DNA of 64,000 nucleotides from Trueperaceae bacterium (GTDB lineage Bacteria; Deinococcota; Deinococci; Deinococcales; Trueperaceae): NCBI GenBank assembly GCA_034520945.1, contig JAXHNB010000006.1, positions 288,001 to 352,000 of the forward strand, read 5' to 3'. Shown piece by piece: positions 30,877 to 42,526 of this stretch (position 1 is its first letter; each line of letters starts with the position of its first letter). The notes under the pieces were generated by a model. It saw only the letters and a program-made list of their open reading frames with translations, ran no database searches and was not told where the DNA came from. The position numbers and the translations under genes were made by a program.

Positions 30877-31131
30877 TCAGTGCCGGAAGTGGACGAACAC
30901 GCGACCGTGGTTGTCGGCGTCCTTCTCGACGCGGTGATACGTCTGCTTCACGGGCTTGTGGTCCAGGAACTTCAGCACGCGCTTCTTGAGCTGGCCGCTT
31001 CCCTTGCCGGGGACGATCTCCACCAGCGCGATCTTGCGCTGGACCGCCTCGCGCATCACCCGTTCGAGTTCCGCCTCGATTGCGTCGCCCCGGTCGTAGA
31101 TGTCGTGCAGGTCGAGTTTGAGTTTGGCCAT
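30877..31131 (-). CDS. Stand-alone Smr/MutS-related domain protein
   Basis: LDLHDIY, VEIVPGKGSGQLKKRVL, N.GRVFVHF. Confidence 0.9.
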   Translation of the reverse strand: MAKLKLDLHDIYDRGDAIEAELERVMREAVQRKIALVEIVPGKGSGQLKKRVLKFLDHKPVKQTYHRVEKDADNHGRVFVHFRH

Positions 31132-31234
31132 GCGTGGCTCCTTGCGTCGAATGTAGCTGCCCGTCCCCGCCGTGCACGTCGTCCCGGGATGATCGGCCCT
31201 CGGCCCAGCGCCGCCCTCGCGGTAGGCTGCTGGA

Positions 31235-32041
31235 ATGGTCGCGCTGGCTGTGAACGACACGCCGTGCTCGCGCGCCCTGCTTCGCGACGGGCACCTGCGG
31301 GCGGACTATCTGGAGACCAGCGGGCCGCACGTCGAGGATGCCGTGGCGGCGCTTCCCGGCGTGTCCTTCTTGTTGCACAACAGCGTGTGGGACTGGTCGT
31401 TGGGCCACCCGGACGCGTTGGCGCAACGCGACGTGCTCGCCCTCACCCGGCGCAGGCTGCAGTTGACGCGGGCGCCGTGGCTGAGCATCCACATCGGATT
31501 CAGCGCAGCGGAGGTCCGGTTCGATGACGGCATGCGGCCGGCATCGCGCCCGGTGGGGTCCGAGGAGCTACTGCCGGTCATGACCCGCAACGTGCGCGAC
31601 TTCGCCGCGCACCTCGATGTCCCTTTGCTGCTAGAGAACCTGGACCACAACCCCACCGGCGCGTACGACCACGTGTGCGACCCCAATTTCATTCGCACGC
31701 TCGTCGAAGCGTCGAACGCGTACCTGTTGCTGGACCTGGCCCACGCGCAGGTCAGCGCCGCACGGTTGGGCTGGGACCTGGCCGCGTACCTCGCGGCCCT
31801 GCCGCTCGGGCGCGTGCGGCAGGTGCACGTGAGCGGCCCGCGGCGACGGGACGGCGTGCTGGCGGACGCCCACGAGCCGCTCCGCGAGGAGGATTTGGCG
31901 CTCCTGCGCGACGTGCTGCGCGCGACCACGCCGTGGGCCGTCACGCTGGAGTACGGACGGGACGACGCGGCGTTGCTGGCGCAGGTGGCGACGCTGCGGG
32001 AGCTCCTCGCGACGTCGGACGACACCCGCACGGACGCATGA
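31235..32041 (+). CDS. DUF692 family (MNIO, multinuclear non-heme iron enzyme)
   Basis: LLH, SIH, LLLENL, LLLDLAHAQV, QVHVSG, DAH, VTLEY. Confidence 0.8.
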   Translation: MVALAVNDTPCSRALLRDGHLRADYLETSGPHVEDAVAALPGVSFLLHNSVWDWSLGHPDALAQRDVLALTRRRLQLTRAPWLSIHIGFSAAEVRFDDGMRPASRPVGSEELLPVMTRNVRDFAAHLDVPLLLENLDHNPTGAYDHVCDPNFIRTLVEASNAYLLLDLAHAQVSAARLGWDLAAYLAALPLGRVRQVHVSGPRRRDGVLADAHEPLREEDLALLRDVLRATTPWAVTLEYGRDDAALLAQVATLRELLATSDDTRTDA

Positions 32042-32060
32042 CGGCGATCGACCGGGTCGT

Positions 32061-33032
32061 TCAGGGCAGCAGCACCGTCGAGCCGGTCGTGCGCCGCGCT
32101 TCCAGCGCACGGTGCGCCTCGGCCGCATCGTTCAGGGAAAAGCGTTGGTCGATCCGCACCGGAATCGTGCCGTTCGCCACCGCGTCGAACACCGCCTGCG
32201 CCGCGGCGCGGAGCTGCGTGGTGGTCGCGGTGTAGGTGGCGATGGTGGGCCGGGTGAGGTACAGCGATCCCTTGGCGGCCAGCACCACCAGGTTGGGGAC
32301 CGATACCGGTCCCGAGGCGTTGCCGAAGCTGACCATCAGGCCGCGCGGGCGCAGCGCGTCCAACGACCCCTCGAAGGTGGCACGGCCCACCCCGTCGTAC
32401 ACGACGTCGACGCCCACGCCGTCCGTGAACGCCCGCGCGCGGTCTTTGAAGTCGTCCTGGCTGTAGTCGACGACGTCGTCGGCGCCCGCCTCCCGTGCCA
32501 GCGCGACCTTCTCCGGCGAGCCGGCGGTGCCGATGACGCGTGCCCCCAGCGCCTTTGCCCAGCGCGTCAGGATCGAGCCGACGCCGCCCGCGGCCGCGTG
32601 GATCAGGAGGTGCTGGCCCGGCTGGACCGCCCAGGTCTCGAACAGCAGGTAGTACGCCGTGATGCCCTTCAGCGTCACCGCGGCCGCCGCCTCGAAGCTC
32701 ACGCCCTCGGGCAGCGGCGCCACGCGGCCGGCGGGAATGTTGCGTTCCTCGGCGTAGGCGCCGACGGGCCCGAAGTAGGCGACGCGGTCGCCCACGGCGA
32801 CGTCGCCGACGTCAGCGCCGACGGCCGTCACCTCGCCGGCGCCCTCGTTGCCCGCCACGAACGGCAGCGGTGTGTCGTACAGGCCGGAACGCTGGTAGGT
32901 GTCGAGGAAGTTCAGCCCCACGGCGTGGTTGCGGACGCGAATCTCGCCCGGTCCCGGGGGTGCGAGCGACCGGTCCTGGACCTGCAGGACCTCCGGACCG
33001 CCATGGGCGCGTACGAACACCGCTTTGCTCAT
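32061..33032 (-). CDS. qor: NADPH:quinone oxidoreductase (zeta-crystallin family)
   Basis: GGPEVL, GLNFLD, GNEGAG, HAAAGGVG, YDGVG, FGNASG, KGSLYLTRP, TTGS. Confidence 0.93.
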   Translation of the reverse strand: MSKAVFVRAHGGPEVLQVQDRSLAPPGPGEIRVRNHAVGLNFLDTYQRSGLYDTPLPFVAGNEGAGEVTAVGADVGDVAVGDRVAYFGPVGAYAEERNIPAGRVAPLPEGVSFEAAAAVTLKGITAYYLLFETWAVQPGQHLLIHAAAGGVGSILTRWAKALGARVIGTAGSPEKVALAREAGADDVVDYSQDDFKDRARAFTDGVGVDVVYDGVGRATFEGSLDALRPRGLMVSFGNASGPVSVPNLVVLAAKGSLYLTRPTIATYTATTTQLRAAAQAVFDAVANGTIPVRIDQRFSLNDAAEAHRALEARRTTGSTVLLP

Positions 33033-33207
33033 CTCTCGCCTCGCTTCCCGGCGTGGGGCCGCCACGCACGCCTCGCAGGCATCATCGCCCGGCGCGGACC
33101 AGGCCGGCGCGGAATCGGCGCACGGCGCCGGGCGTCGCAGGCACGGGGTACGAAAACGGTCCGGTGCGACGAGGGGGTCGCACCGGACCGCGAACGGTCG
33201 CGGACGC

Positions 33208-34575
33208 TCAGCGGGTGCGCTCGGCCCACCAGTGGTACTCGCTCGCGGTGCCCCGTTGGTAGAAGCGGCCGCTCAGGCGCAGGCGTGCGTCCTCTTCCAC
33301 GAGCCTCCCCTCGTACACCTGGTCCAGCGCGCTGAGAGGCCGAACGAACCGCAACAGGAAGCCGTCGAACTCGATCTCCTCGAGCGCGTCGGCGCGGCCC
33401 AGATCGAGCGTGCCCACCCATCCCTCGTCGCTGCTACGGAACGTCAGCGTGCCGGTGTACCCATTGGCGTTCACCTGCCAGGTCCCGGCCAGCGCGAGAT
33501 CCGTGGGGGTCTCGACCTTCGTGGGTGCCGGGTCGGTCGTGGGCTGGCGGGACACGGCGAAGCTGGCGGGCCAGGAGCCCCAACGGACGGACGCGACGCC
33601 GTTCCGGGTCGAGGCGACGTAGCCGTCCTGCCCCGGGAGCATCGTCAGTGTGAACGTGCCACCCTCCGGCCCGATCACGCCGGCGTGACGCGCCGCAAGG
33701 CAGACGTGCGAGTCGTGGGTGTACACGTCCGTGCCCCACAGGCGACCGGTCGTGGGGCAGCCGGACGGGCAGGTGACGCGCAGGCTGGTGCCTTCCTGCT
33801 GGGCGTCCAACGGTGCGGCGTTCGCGCGCTGATCGCACGTCAGCAACGTCACCGCGCCCCCCGGCGCCGACGGGCTGGGGGCCGCGCGTACCTCGAAGGC
33901 GCCGCTGGCCGCGAGTCGGGTGTACCCGTCGTTCTCGAACAGCCGGAACTCGTACCGTCCAGGTTCGCGGGGCGCGTCGAACACGAGCTCGCCCGTTGCG
34001 CGACCCTCGGTGTACTGCCAGTCCAGATGCTCGCGGTCGGAGGCACCGCTTCGGTACAGGCCCACCCAGTCCTTCGCGAAGCCCGGCGTCCCGCCGAACC
34101 GTGCCGTGATGGGGGCGGCGGGGGCGACGGCTCGCGCACCGACGCTCACGCTCGGCGACGCGGCACGGGGCCCGTCATTGGGCGCAACGTCACCCGCTTC
34201 GGCGCCATAGACGTGCAGTTCGTACGCGAGCGGCTGCCACAGGAGGTTCTTTACGTAAATCTCGTAGCGGCCGGCCTGGGGCGCGCGGAGCGTGAAGCTG
34301 GGGTTGGGGTCGGTGCTGATGTCGTAGAACAGCTCGCGCTCTTCGAAGCCGGCGTAGATCGCGAGGTCCGCGTCGTCGCCGCCCGCGTCGACGCGGATGT
34401 GCACGTCGGGGCCGCCCGCGGGAAGGTTCAGCACGTAGACGTGGTCGATCTGCTCGGTGGGGATGGTGCCGGCCCGGGTGGTGTTCAGCGACATGTCGAA
34501 CGTGGTCTGGGCGTGCACGGCCGTGACCGCCATGCAGGCGATCAGGAGGGCGAACCAACGGGGAACGCCTAGCAT
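33208..34575 (-). CDS. Secreted multidomain protein: PPC-like + Ig-like + LCCL + C-terminal beta domain
   Basis: Signal peptide; DADLAIY (PPC-like); DWVGLY...PGRYEFR; LCCL CPSGC...WGTDVYTHDSHVCLAARHAGVI...Y..STRNGV.S..W. Confidence 0.85.
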   Translation of the reverse strand: MLGVPRWFALLIACMAVTAVHAQTTFDMSLNTTRAGTIPTEQIDHVYVLNLPAGGPDVHIRVDAGGDDADLAIYAGFEERELFYDISTDPNPSFTLRAPQAGRYEIYVKNLLWQPLAYELHVYGAEAGDVAPNDGPRAASPSVSVGARAVAPAAPITARFGGTPGFAKDWVGLYRSGASDREHLDWQYTEGRATGELVFDAPREPGRYEFRLFENDGYTRLAASGAFEVRAAPSPSAPGGAVTLLTCDQRANAAPLDAQQEGTSLRVTCPSGCPTTGRLWGTDVYTHDSHVCLAARHAGVIGPEGGTFTLTMLPGQDGYVASTRNGVASVRWGSWPASFAVSRQPTTDPAPTKVETPTDLALAGTWQVNANGYTGTLTFRSSDEGWVGTLDLGRADALEEIEFDGFLLRFVRPLSALDQVYEGRLVEEDARLRLSGRFYQRGTASEYHWWAERTR

Positions 34576-34856
34576 ACGGGACTCCTTGTCCGTAGCGTGC
34601 GCCAGCCGGTGCGCCGGGCTCGGCGCAGGGCTCGCGGGGGGGCCGAGCGCCCACCGGTTCGGCCGAATTCGAGGGGAGGAGGAGGGATCGTCGCTTCAAG
34701 GTGGACGTGTCATCGTCGTGCCTCCGTTCCCAGGACCTGTCATCTCGGGATGCGCGGGGCCCTGGACGCGCCGCCGCGTAGCTCGTGCGCGGATTCACGA
34801 GTAGTATAGGCCTCACGCAGGGGCGCCGTATGGACGATTGCCACACCTGTGGTCGG

Positions 34857-34949
34857 CCAGGCATCCGGGTCGAGCGAGCCGGAGGCGATCGCCTTGGCGA
34901 CGCCGCGTGCGTAGGTGGCCTTCTGGCGGCTGAAGCCGATCGCCCGTGC
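34857..34949 (-). pseudogene. Relic of about 30 codons from a DNA-3-methyladenine glycosylase (AlkA/HhH-GPD)
   Basis: RAIGFSRQKATYARGVAKAIASGSLDPDAW resembles the AlkA-family segment LR..GLSR.KA.Y...LA.....G.LD. Confidence 0.55.
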
Positions 34950-34984
34950 TATTTTGGTTCGACTGCCTACGCCGGAGGTTCCCC

Positions 34985-37900
34985 ATGCCGATGCTGCACC
35001 GTACACGGTTGTTCGTCGATCGTACGAAGGGGGGCGGCCGGGTGCCGGGACGCCCAAGGCTCGGGCCCCTCCTGGCGCGCCTCTTGGTGCTGGCGTTGGC
35101 GTTCTCGTCGCTCACCGCCTGGGCACAGGACGCGCCGATCCCCGAACGCTTCGCCACCACCCGCAGCGATACCGACTACCCCGGTGGCGACCTGACGCCG
35201 CTGTTCGACATTCGCCTGGAGCAGTGCCACGCCACCTGCTTGCGGCTCGAGGACTGCGCCGGCTTCACCTTCGATGGGCGCAACGCCGCCTGCTTCCCCA
35301 AGGGCAGCCTGGGCGCGCCGGTCCCGTTCGAGGGCGCGCTGTCCGGTGTGATCACGCGGCAGAGCGCGGCGGCGCTGGAGCGTGCGCGCGCGGCCGCCGC
35401 CACGATGGACTTCCTGGAGTCGTCCGACCTGGACGCCGCACGTCAGCAGGCGACGGCGATGGCCGAGCGATACCAGGCTGGCGGCAGGACGGAAGCCGAG
35501 CTGTTGGACATGGCGCGCGGGCAGCCCCCGGCCCAGGCCGTCGCGTCGACCGGCGCGGCCGTGACCGTCGCCGACGGGGGTGAGGCCTGGCTGGCGCACG
35601 CGCGGGCCCTGGCCGCCGAGGCCGCGCGCGACGCGAACCGCCGCTACGAGGCGAACCAGCAGGCCGCCTCGGCGGCGCTCAACGCAGCCCTGCGCCTTCC
35701 GGAGCCGGAGCGCGCCGCGGCGCTGGTGGTCCAGGCGCGCGCGCTCGAAGCGACCTACCGCGGCGAGACCGCGCTCGGCGCCCTGCGTCTGGCCGATCTG
35801 CTCCGTCCCGGGATCGCCCCCGCGGACATGGCGCGCTTGCGCGAGCGGTTCGGCTTTCGCGTGCTGGCCCACGACGTCGACGCCGCAACGGCGACGCCCC
35901 GCATCTGCGTGACCTTCTCGGAGGACCTCTCGCCCAGGCGCGACTACGCGCCCTTCGTGCAACACCGGGCGCGGGGACTCGCGCTCGAGGTCGAAGGGCC
36001 GCAACTGTGCGCGACGGGCGTCGCCTATGGAGAGAGCTACCTCCTGACGCTGCGCGCGGGCCTTCCCAGCGTCACGGGCGATGCGCTGATGGACGACGTG
36101 CCGCTCGAGGTCTACGTCCGCGACCGCGCGCCCTTGGTGCGCTTCCCGGGCCGAAGCTACGTGCTGCCCGCCGTCGGCCCACGAGCCCTGCCGGTAGAGA
36201 CCGTCAATGCGGACCGGCTGGCGTTGCGGCTCCTGCGCGTGTCCGACCGCAATCTGGTGAACGCCATCCGCGAGGGCGCCTTCGCGCAGGCCCTCAGCGC
36301 CTGGGAAGGCGAGCGCTTCGAGGAGCTGCTGGCGGAACCGGTGTGGCAGGGCGAAGCGCAGCTCGAAGGGACGTTGAACCAGGCCACCACCTCGCGCCTG
36401 CCGCTGGATGAGGTCGGCGCGCTGGAGCCCGGCGTGTACGTGTTGCGCGCGAGCGTGCCGGACACGGCCCCCCGTGACGTGCCGCCGGCCACCCAGTGGT
36501 TCATGGTCTCCGACCTCGGCGTCACGACGTTGTCCGGCCGCGACGGCGTGCACGTGGTGGTTCAGCGTCTGTCCGACGGCGAGCCCGTGGCGGGCGCGAC
36601 CGTGGCGCTGCTGGCGCGCTCGAACCGCCTCCTCGGCGAGGCGAGCACGGACGCCCGCGGCCACGTCCGCTTCGCGGCCGCACTGGCGCGGGGGGCGGGC
36701 GCCGCGGCGCCGGCGATGGTTCGGGTCGAGGGGCCCGACGACCTGGCGGTGCTGTCGCTCGAGGAGCCCGAGTTCGACCTGTCCGACCGCGGCGTCGAGG
36801 GGCGCGCCGCCGCGGGGCCCGTCGACCTGTTCCTGACGACCGATCGCGGCGCCTACCGTCCCGGCGAGACGATCCACGTCACGGCCCTCGCCCGCGACGC
36901 TCAGGCCCGCGCCTTGACCGGGTTGCCGATCACGGCGCGGCTGCTGCGGCCCGACGGGGTCGAGTACGCCCGCGTCGTCTCCGCGGACGAACGCGCGGGC
37001 GGGCACGTCGTGTCGCTGCCGCTCGGCGTCGACGTGCCGCGTGGCGTCTGGCGGATCGAGGCGTTCGCGGACCCGGACGGCCCGGCGTTGGCCAGCCGCA
37101 CCGTGCTGGTCGAGGACTTCGTGCCGGAACGCATCGACTTCGACCTGTCGCTGAGCGTGGACGGTCCGGTCCACGCGGATGCGCCGCCGAACCTGCGCAT
37201 CGAAGCGCGACACGCGTTCGGACCGCCCGCAGCGGGGCTGCCGCTGACGGGCAGCGTGCGCGTGAGCGCCACCCCCGAGCTCGACGGCTGGCCGGGATTC
37301 CGCTTCGGGCGCCATGATCAGCGCGTCGACGCGCAGCGCCGTACCTTCGACGGCGGGCTGCAGACCGACGCCCAGGGGCGGCTCGAGACGCCCGTGCCGC
37401 TCGGCGGCCTGACCCTCGATCCGCGGCCCTACATGCTGAGCGTGAACGCGACATTGGTCGACGGGGCCGCGCGCCCGGTCGAGCGCACCCTGACGCGTCC
37501 GCTGCGACCCCCGGGGCCGGTGGTCGGCATTCGGCCCGGCTTCGAGGGTACGTTGCCCGAGAACGCGGAGGCGACGTTCCAGCTGGTCCGGGTCGCCCCC
37601 GACGGGGCGGCGCTGGGCGGTGAGCTGCGCTGGCAGGTGGACCGCCTCCACACCCGCTACCAGTGGTTCAGCCAGGGCGGGCGCTGGAACTGGGAGCCCG
37701 TGAGCGAACGGCAGCGCGTGGCCGAGGGCGTCGCCACCGCAGCGGACGGCCCGGCCCGCATCGCGGTCCCCGTGACGTGGGGTCGCCACGAACTGCGCGT
37801 CACGTACGACGGCGAGGCGTTCGCCAGCGCCTCGGTTCCCTTCACGGCGGGCTGGTACGCCGCCGCCACGACGCGAGAGACGCCGGAGATGCTCGCGCTG

Positions 37901-40448
37901 TCGCTCGACGCGCCCGCGTACGCGCCCGGCGACGTGGCGCGGCTCCGTATCGTGCCCGAAGGGTCGGGCATGGCCCTGGTGTCGGTGCTCACCGACCGGG
38001 TGGTCGACATGCGCCTCGTGCCGGTCGAAGGGGAGACGATCGTCGAGCTGCCCGTGACCGACGACTGGGGCGTCGGCGCCTACGTCACCGCCAGCCTGAT
38101 CCGCCCCAGCGACGGCCCGGAGCACGTGCCCGCACGCAGCCTCGGGCTGGCTCACGCAGAGATTACGCCCGGTGACCGGGCGTTGCGGCCGGCGCTGAGC
38201 GCGCCCCGCGAGATGGACGCCCGCGACCGGCTCGAGGTGACGCTCTCCCTGCCGGGCCTCCAGGACGGATCCGCCTACGCCACCGTCGCGGCGGTCGACC
38301 TGGGGGCGTTGACGTTGACCGGGTTCGCGCCGCCCGATCCGATGGGTCACTTCTTCGGCCAGCGGCGCCTGGGCGTGGCGATCCACGACCTGTACGGGCG
38401 CCTGATCGACGCGCGTGAGGGGGCGCTGGGGCAGGTGCGATCCGGCGGCGGGGTCGACGCGGACGAAGCGGTGCGGCCCGGCCCGCTCCCGGCCGAGGAC
38501 GTGCTGGCGTTCTTCCGTGGCCCGGTCGAGCTGGAGAGCGGCCGCGCAGAGGTGGGGTTCGACCTGCCAGCGTTCAACGGCACCGTGCGGGTCATGGCGG
38601 TGGTGTGGACCGACCGTGCCGTCGGGCAGGCGCACGCGGACGTGCTCGTGCGCGACCCGGTGGTGATGCAACCGAGCCTGCCGCGCTTCATGACGCCGGG
38701 GGACGAGAGCCGCCTGCGGCTGGAGCTCACCCACGTCACGGGGCCGGCCGGCGACATGGCGCTGTCGGCCCAGGGCCACGGCCTGGGCGAGGTGCCGGCG
38801 AGCGTCACGCTGAGTGAAGGCGGACGCGCGGTGCTGGACCTGCCGTTGCGGCCCACGGCGGTGGGCGATCACGTCTACCGAATCGTGCTGAGCACGCCCG
38901 AGGGCCGCGAGCTGGTGCGCGAGGTGCGGATGAGCGTCCAGCACACCGACCCCGAGACCGCCCGCTCCTCGCAGCACGTGCTGGCGCCAGGGGAGAGCTT
39001 CCGCGTGGGCCCGGGCGCGCTGGCCGGCTTCAGGCCAGGGACCGCGCGGGCCACGCTGGCCGCCGGGGCGGGTGCCGCCCTGGACCTGCCGGGGCTCGTT
39101 CAGCGCTTGCTCGGCTATCCCTACGGCTGCACCGAGCAGATCGCCTCGGGCCTGCAACCGCTGCTGCTGGCCCCGGACCGGGCCGCGGAGCTCGGCGGGC
39201 TCAGCGCGGCCGAGATGCGCGAACGGGTGCAGGTCGGCGTCGAGCGGATCCTCACCCGGCAGGGGCGCACCGGCCGTTTCGGATCGTGGGGCGCGGACGG
39301 GCAGGACCTGTGGCTGGACGCCTACGTCACCGACGTGCTGCTGCGCGCCGAAGCGTACGGTGCGAGCCTCCCCGAGCACGCGCTGCCCATGGCGCTGCGC
39401 AACCTCCGCAACCAGGTGGCGCAGGCGGGATCCATGCACGACGGCGCGGCGGCCTACGCCTACGCCTTCTACGTGCTGGCGCGCGCGGGCGAGGCCGCGA
39501 TCGGCGATCTGCGTTACTACGCCGACACCCTGGCCGAACGGTTCGACACGCCGTTGGCGGCGGCGCAGCTCGGCGCCGCGTTGGCGGCCTACGGGCAGCG
39601 CTCGCGCGCGGACGCGATGTTCGCCCGGGCGTACGAGCTCGCTTTGGCGAGGTGCCGACCCGAACGATTGGCGCAACGATTACGGCACGGCGTTCCGTGA
39701 CCGGGCCGGGCTGTTGGCGTTGGCGGTCGAGGCAGGCAGCGGCGTGGTGGATCGCCGGCAGCTCGCGAGCCTGCTGACGCGGCGCGCGTCGGTGCACCAG
39801 CTCTCCACCCAGGAGGCCGCCTGGGCCTTGCGGGCGGCCGTCGCGATGGGCGCCGAGGGCCAGGGCCTCGTGGTCGACGGACGGCCCGCAGACGGAGACG
39901 TCGTGCGCCTGTTCGATGGGACGCCGGTGAGCGTCCGCAACGACGGCGACACGGACGTGACGGTGACCCTCACCGCCTTCGGCGTGCCGGAAGAGGCGCC
40001 CGAGGCCGGTGGCGTCGGCTACACGATCCGCCGGCGCCACTACACCCTCACCGGCGAAGAGGCCGACCTGGACGCCGTACGGGTGGGCGACCGTGTGGTC
40101 GTGCTCCTCGAGGTGCGCCCCGATCGGGGCGTGGCCGGCGGGCGGCTGCTGATCGACGACGCGCTGCCGGCGGGGTTCGAGATCGACAACGCCAACCTGC
40201 TGCGCGAGGGCGACGTCCGCGCGCTCGACTGGCTCGCCGTGCAAGGCGAGGCCGAAATGACCGAGGCGCGGGCGGAGCGCTTCCTGGCGGCGGTGGACTG
40301 GACCTCCGGCCTGTCGCTGCGGCTGGCGTACGTCATGCGCGCGGTGTCGCCGGGCACCTTCCACTACCCCGCGGCCAAGGTGGAGGACATGTACCGCCCC
40401 GTGAACCGCGCCATCAGCGCGACGGGCCGCGTGACCATCGGCCCGTGA
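34985..40448 (+). CDS. Bacterial alpha-2-macroglobulin with N-terminal PAN/apple domain; single-base frameshift near 39646
   Basis: PAN DYPGGDL..C...C....C..F....C.PK; SDLG, TDRGAYRPGE, AAVD, LPRF, thioester YPYGCTEQ; C-terminus (DYGT..RD, STQE, LPAGFEI, VEDMYRP) in +1 frame; start uncertain. Confidence 0.93.
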
Positions 40449-42467
40449 GACGAGGGTGGCTCGCCGGGCTGGCCGGCCTGGCGGTCGTGCTGGCCCTATG
40501 GGCCGGCATCGGACGCTGGGTGGCGGTGACGGAGCTGCCGCCACTGGCGGTCGCAACCTCGACCGAGGTGCTGGCCCGCGATGGTCGGCTGTTGCGCGCG
40601 TTCACGGTCGCGGACGGCCGCTGGCGCCTGGCGCTGGCGCCGGAGGACGTGGACCCCGGCTACCTGGCGATGCTGATCGCGTACGAGGACCGGCGCTTCT
40701 ACGATCATCGCGGGGTGGACCCATGGGCGCTGGCGCGCGCCCTTCGGTCAGGCCCTCGTCCACCGGCGGCTGGTGTCGGGCGGCTCGACCCTGACCATGC
40801 AGGTCGCGCGCCTGCTCGAGGACGGCGCAACCGGCTCTTGGCCGGGCAAGCTGCGTCAGATGCGGGTGGCCCTGGCGCTCGAGCGGGCCCTGTCGAAACG
40901 AGAGATCCTGGCGCTCTACCTGCATCACGCACCCATGGGCGGCAACCTGGAGGGGGTCCGGGCGGGCAGCCTGGCGTGGTTCGGCAAGGAACCGGATCGT
41001 CTCACCGAGGCGGAGGCGGCGCTGTTGGTCGCGCTGCCGCAAGCGCCGAGCCTGCGCAGCCCCGACCGGCACCCCCGTGCGGCGCAGGCCGCGCGCGACC
41101 GCGTGCTGGCGCGGGCCCAGGCGGTGGACGTGATCGACGCGGACGCCGCCCGCACCGCCATGCGAGAGGCGCTGCCCGCGGTCCGCCGCCGCTTCCCGGC
41201 CCATGCGCCCCACCTGGCCGACCGCCTGCGGGCGGCCGAGCCGGACCGGGGGGTCCACCGCACGACGTTGGACCTGGACCTGCAGGCCGCGCTGGAGGCG
41301 CTGGCCGAGGACGCGCTGCCCGACCTGCCCGCGCGGGCGACGCTGGCATTGCAGGTCGTCGATACGGACAGCGGAACGGTCCGCGCCAGCGTGGGGTCCG
41401 CCGACTACACCAGCGACGCGCGGCAGGGGTACGTCGACATGACCCAGGCGCTGCGCTCGCCCGGCTCGACGCTGAAGCCGCTCGTCTACGGGCTCGCGTT
41501 CTCGGACGGGATGGCGCACCCGGAGACGCTCCTGAACGACCGGCCCGCCAGCTACGCCGGCTACGCGCCGCAGAACTTCGACGGCACCTTCCGTGGGCCG
41601 ATCAGTGCGCGCGAGGCCCTCCAGGCGTCGCTGAACTTGCCGGTGGTGGAGCTCACGCACGCCCTCGGACCGGCGCGGGTGATGGCGGCGCTGCGCCGGG
41701 CGGGCGTCGAAGCGGCCGTGCCGGGCGACCCGGGGTTGGCGGTCAGCCTGGGTGGCGTCGGGATCAGCCTCGAGGGACTGGTGCAGCTCTACGCCGCCAT
41801 TGCGCGCGGCGGAGAGGCGTTGCCGCTCACCGTTACCGACGCGGCGGCAGCGTCGCGGGCGCGGCTCATGACGCCCCAGGCCGCGTGGCAGGTGGGCGAC
41901 GTTCTGAGCGACGCGCCGCGCCCCGCGCGGCTGCCGGATTGGCCGCTGGCGTTCAAGACCGGCACCTCGCACGGGCATCGCGACGCGCTGGCGCTGGGCT
42001 TCGACGGGACGCACACGGTGGGGGTGTGGGTCGGTCGCGCGGACGGCACGGCCGTGCCGGGCATGTATGGGGCGGAGGTGGCGGCGCCGCTGCTGTTCGA
42101 GGTCTTCGCGCGCCTGGGAGAGACGCCCGAGCCCCTGCCGCCCGCCCCACCCGGCACCTCGGTCGCCACCAACGCCGAGCTGCCCGCCCCGCTGCGGCAG
42201 TTCGGCGCGCGGCTCGCCGGGACCGACGACACGCCGCAGTTGACGTTTCCGCCGGACGGGGCCGCCTTGGTGGACATGCCGGGTGGCATCCTGGCGCGGG
42301 TGGAGCGCGGACGGGCGCCGTTCACCTGGTTCGCCGACGGCGCGCCCGTGCTGCGCGTGAGCTTCGAACGTGAAGCGCGGCTCGCGCTGGACGGGCCCGG
42401 GTTCGTGACGCTCTCGGTGGTGGACGCCGAGGGCCGTGCCTCGCGTGTGCGGTTCGAGCTGCGGTAG
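40445..42467 (+). CDS. pbpC: Penicillin-binding protein 1C; single-base frameshift near 40741
   Basis: EDRRFYDH.GVD, GGSTLTMQVARLL, GGNLEG, PGSTLKP (SxxK), SLN, KTGT; directly after A2M with GTGA overlap. Confidence 0.93.
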
Positions 42468-42526
42468 GCCGTGTTCACACGTTGCGGCGTGACACGCGGC
42501 ACGCGTCTCATCCAGAAACTCAACGA

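Noticed and set aside
34967..39676. 1569-aa antisense ORF and other long shadow ORFs (e.g. 513-2300, 8333-10264, 14217-16175)
   Set aside because: Expected stop-poor antisense frames of high-GC genes; Arg/Gly/Ala-rich with no recognisable motifs.
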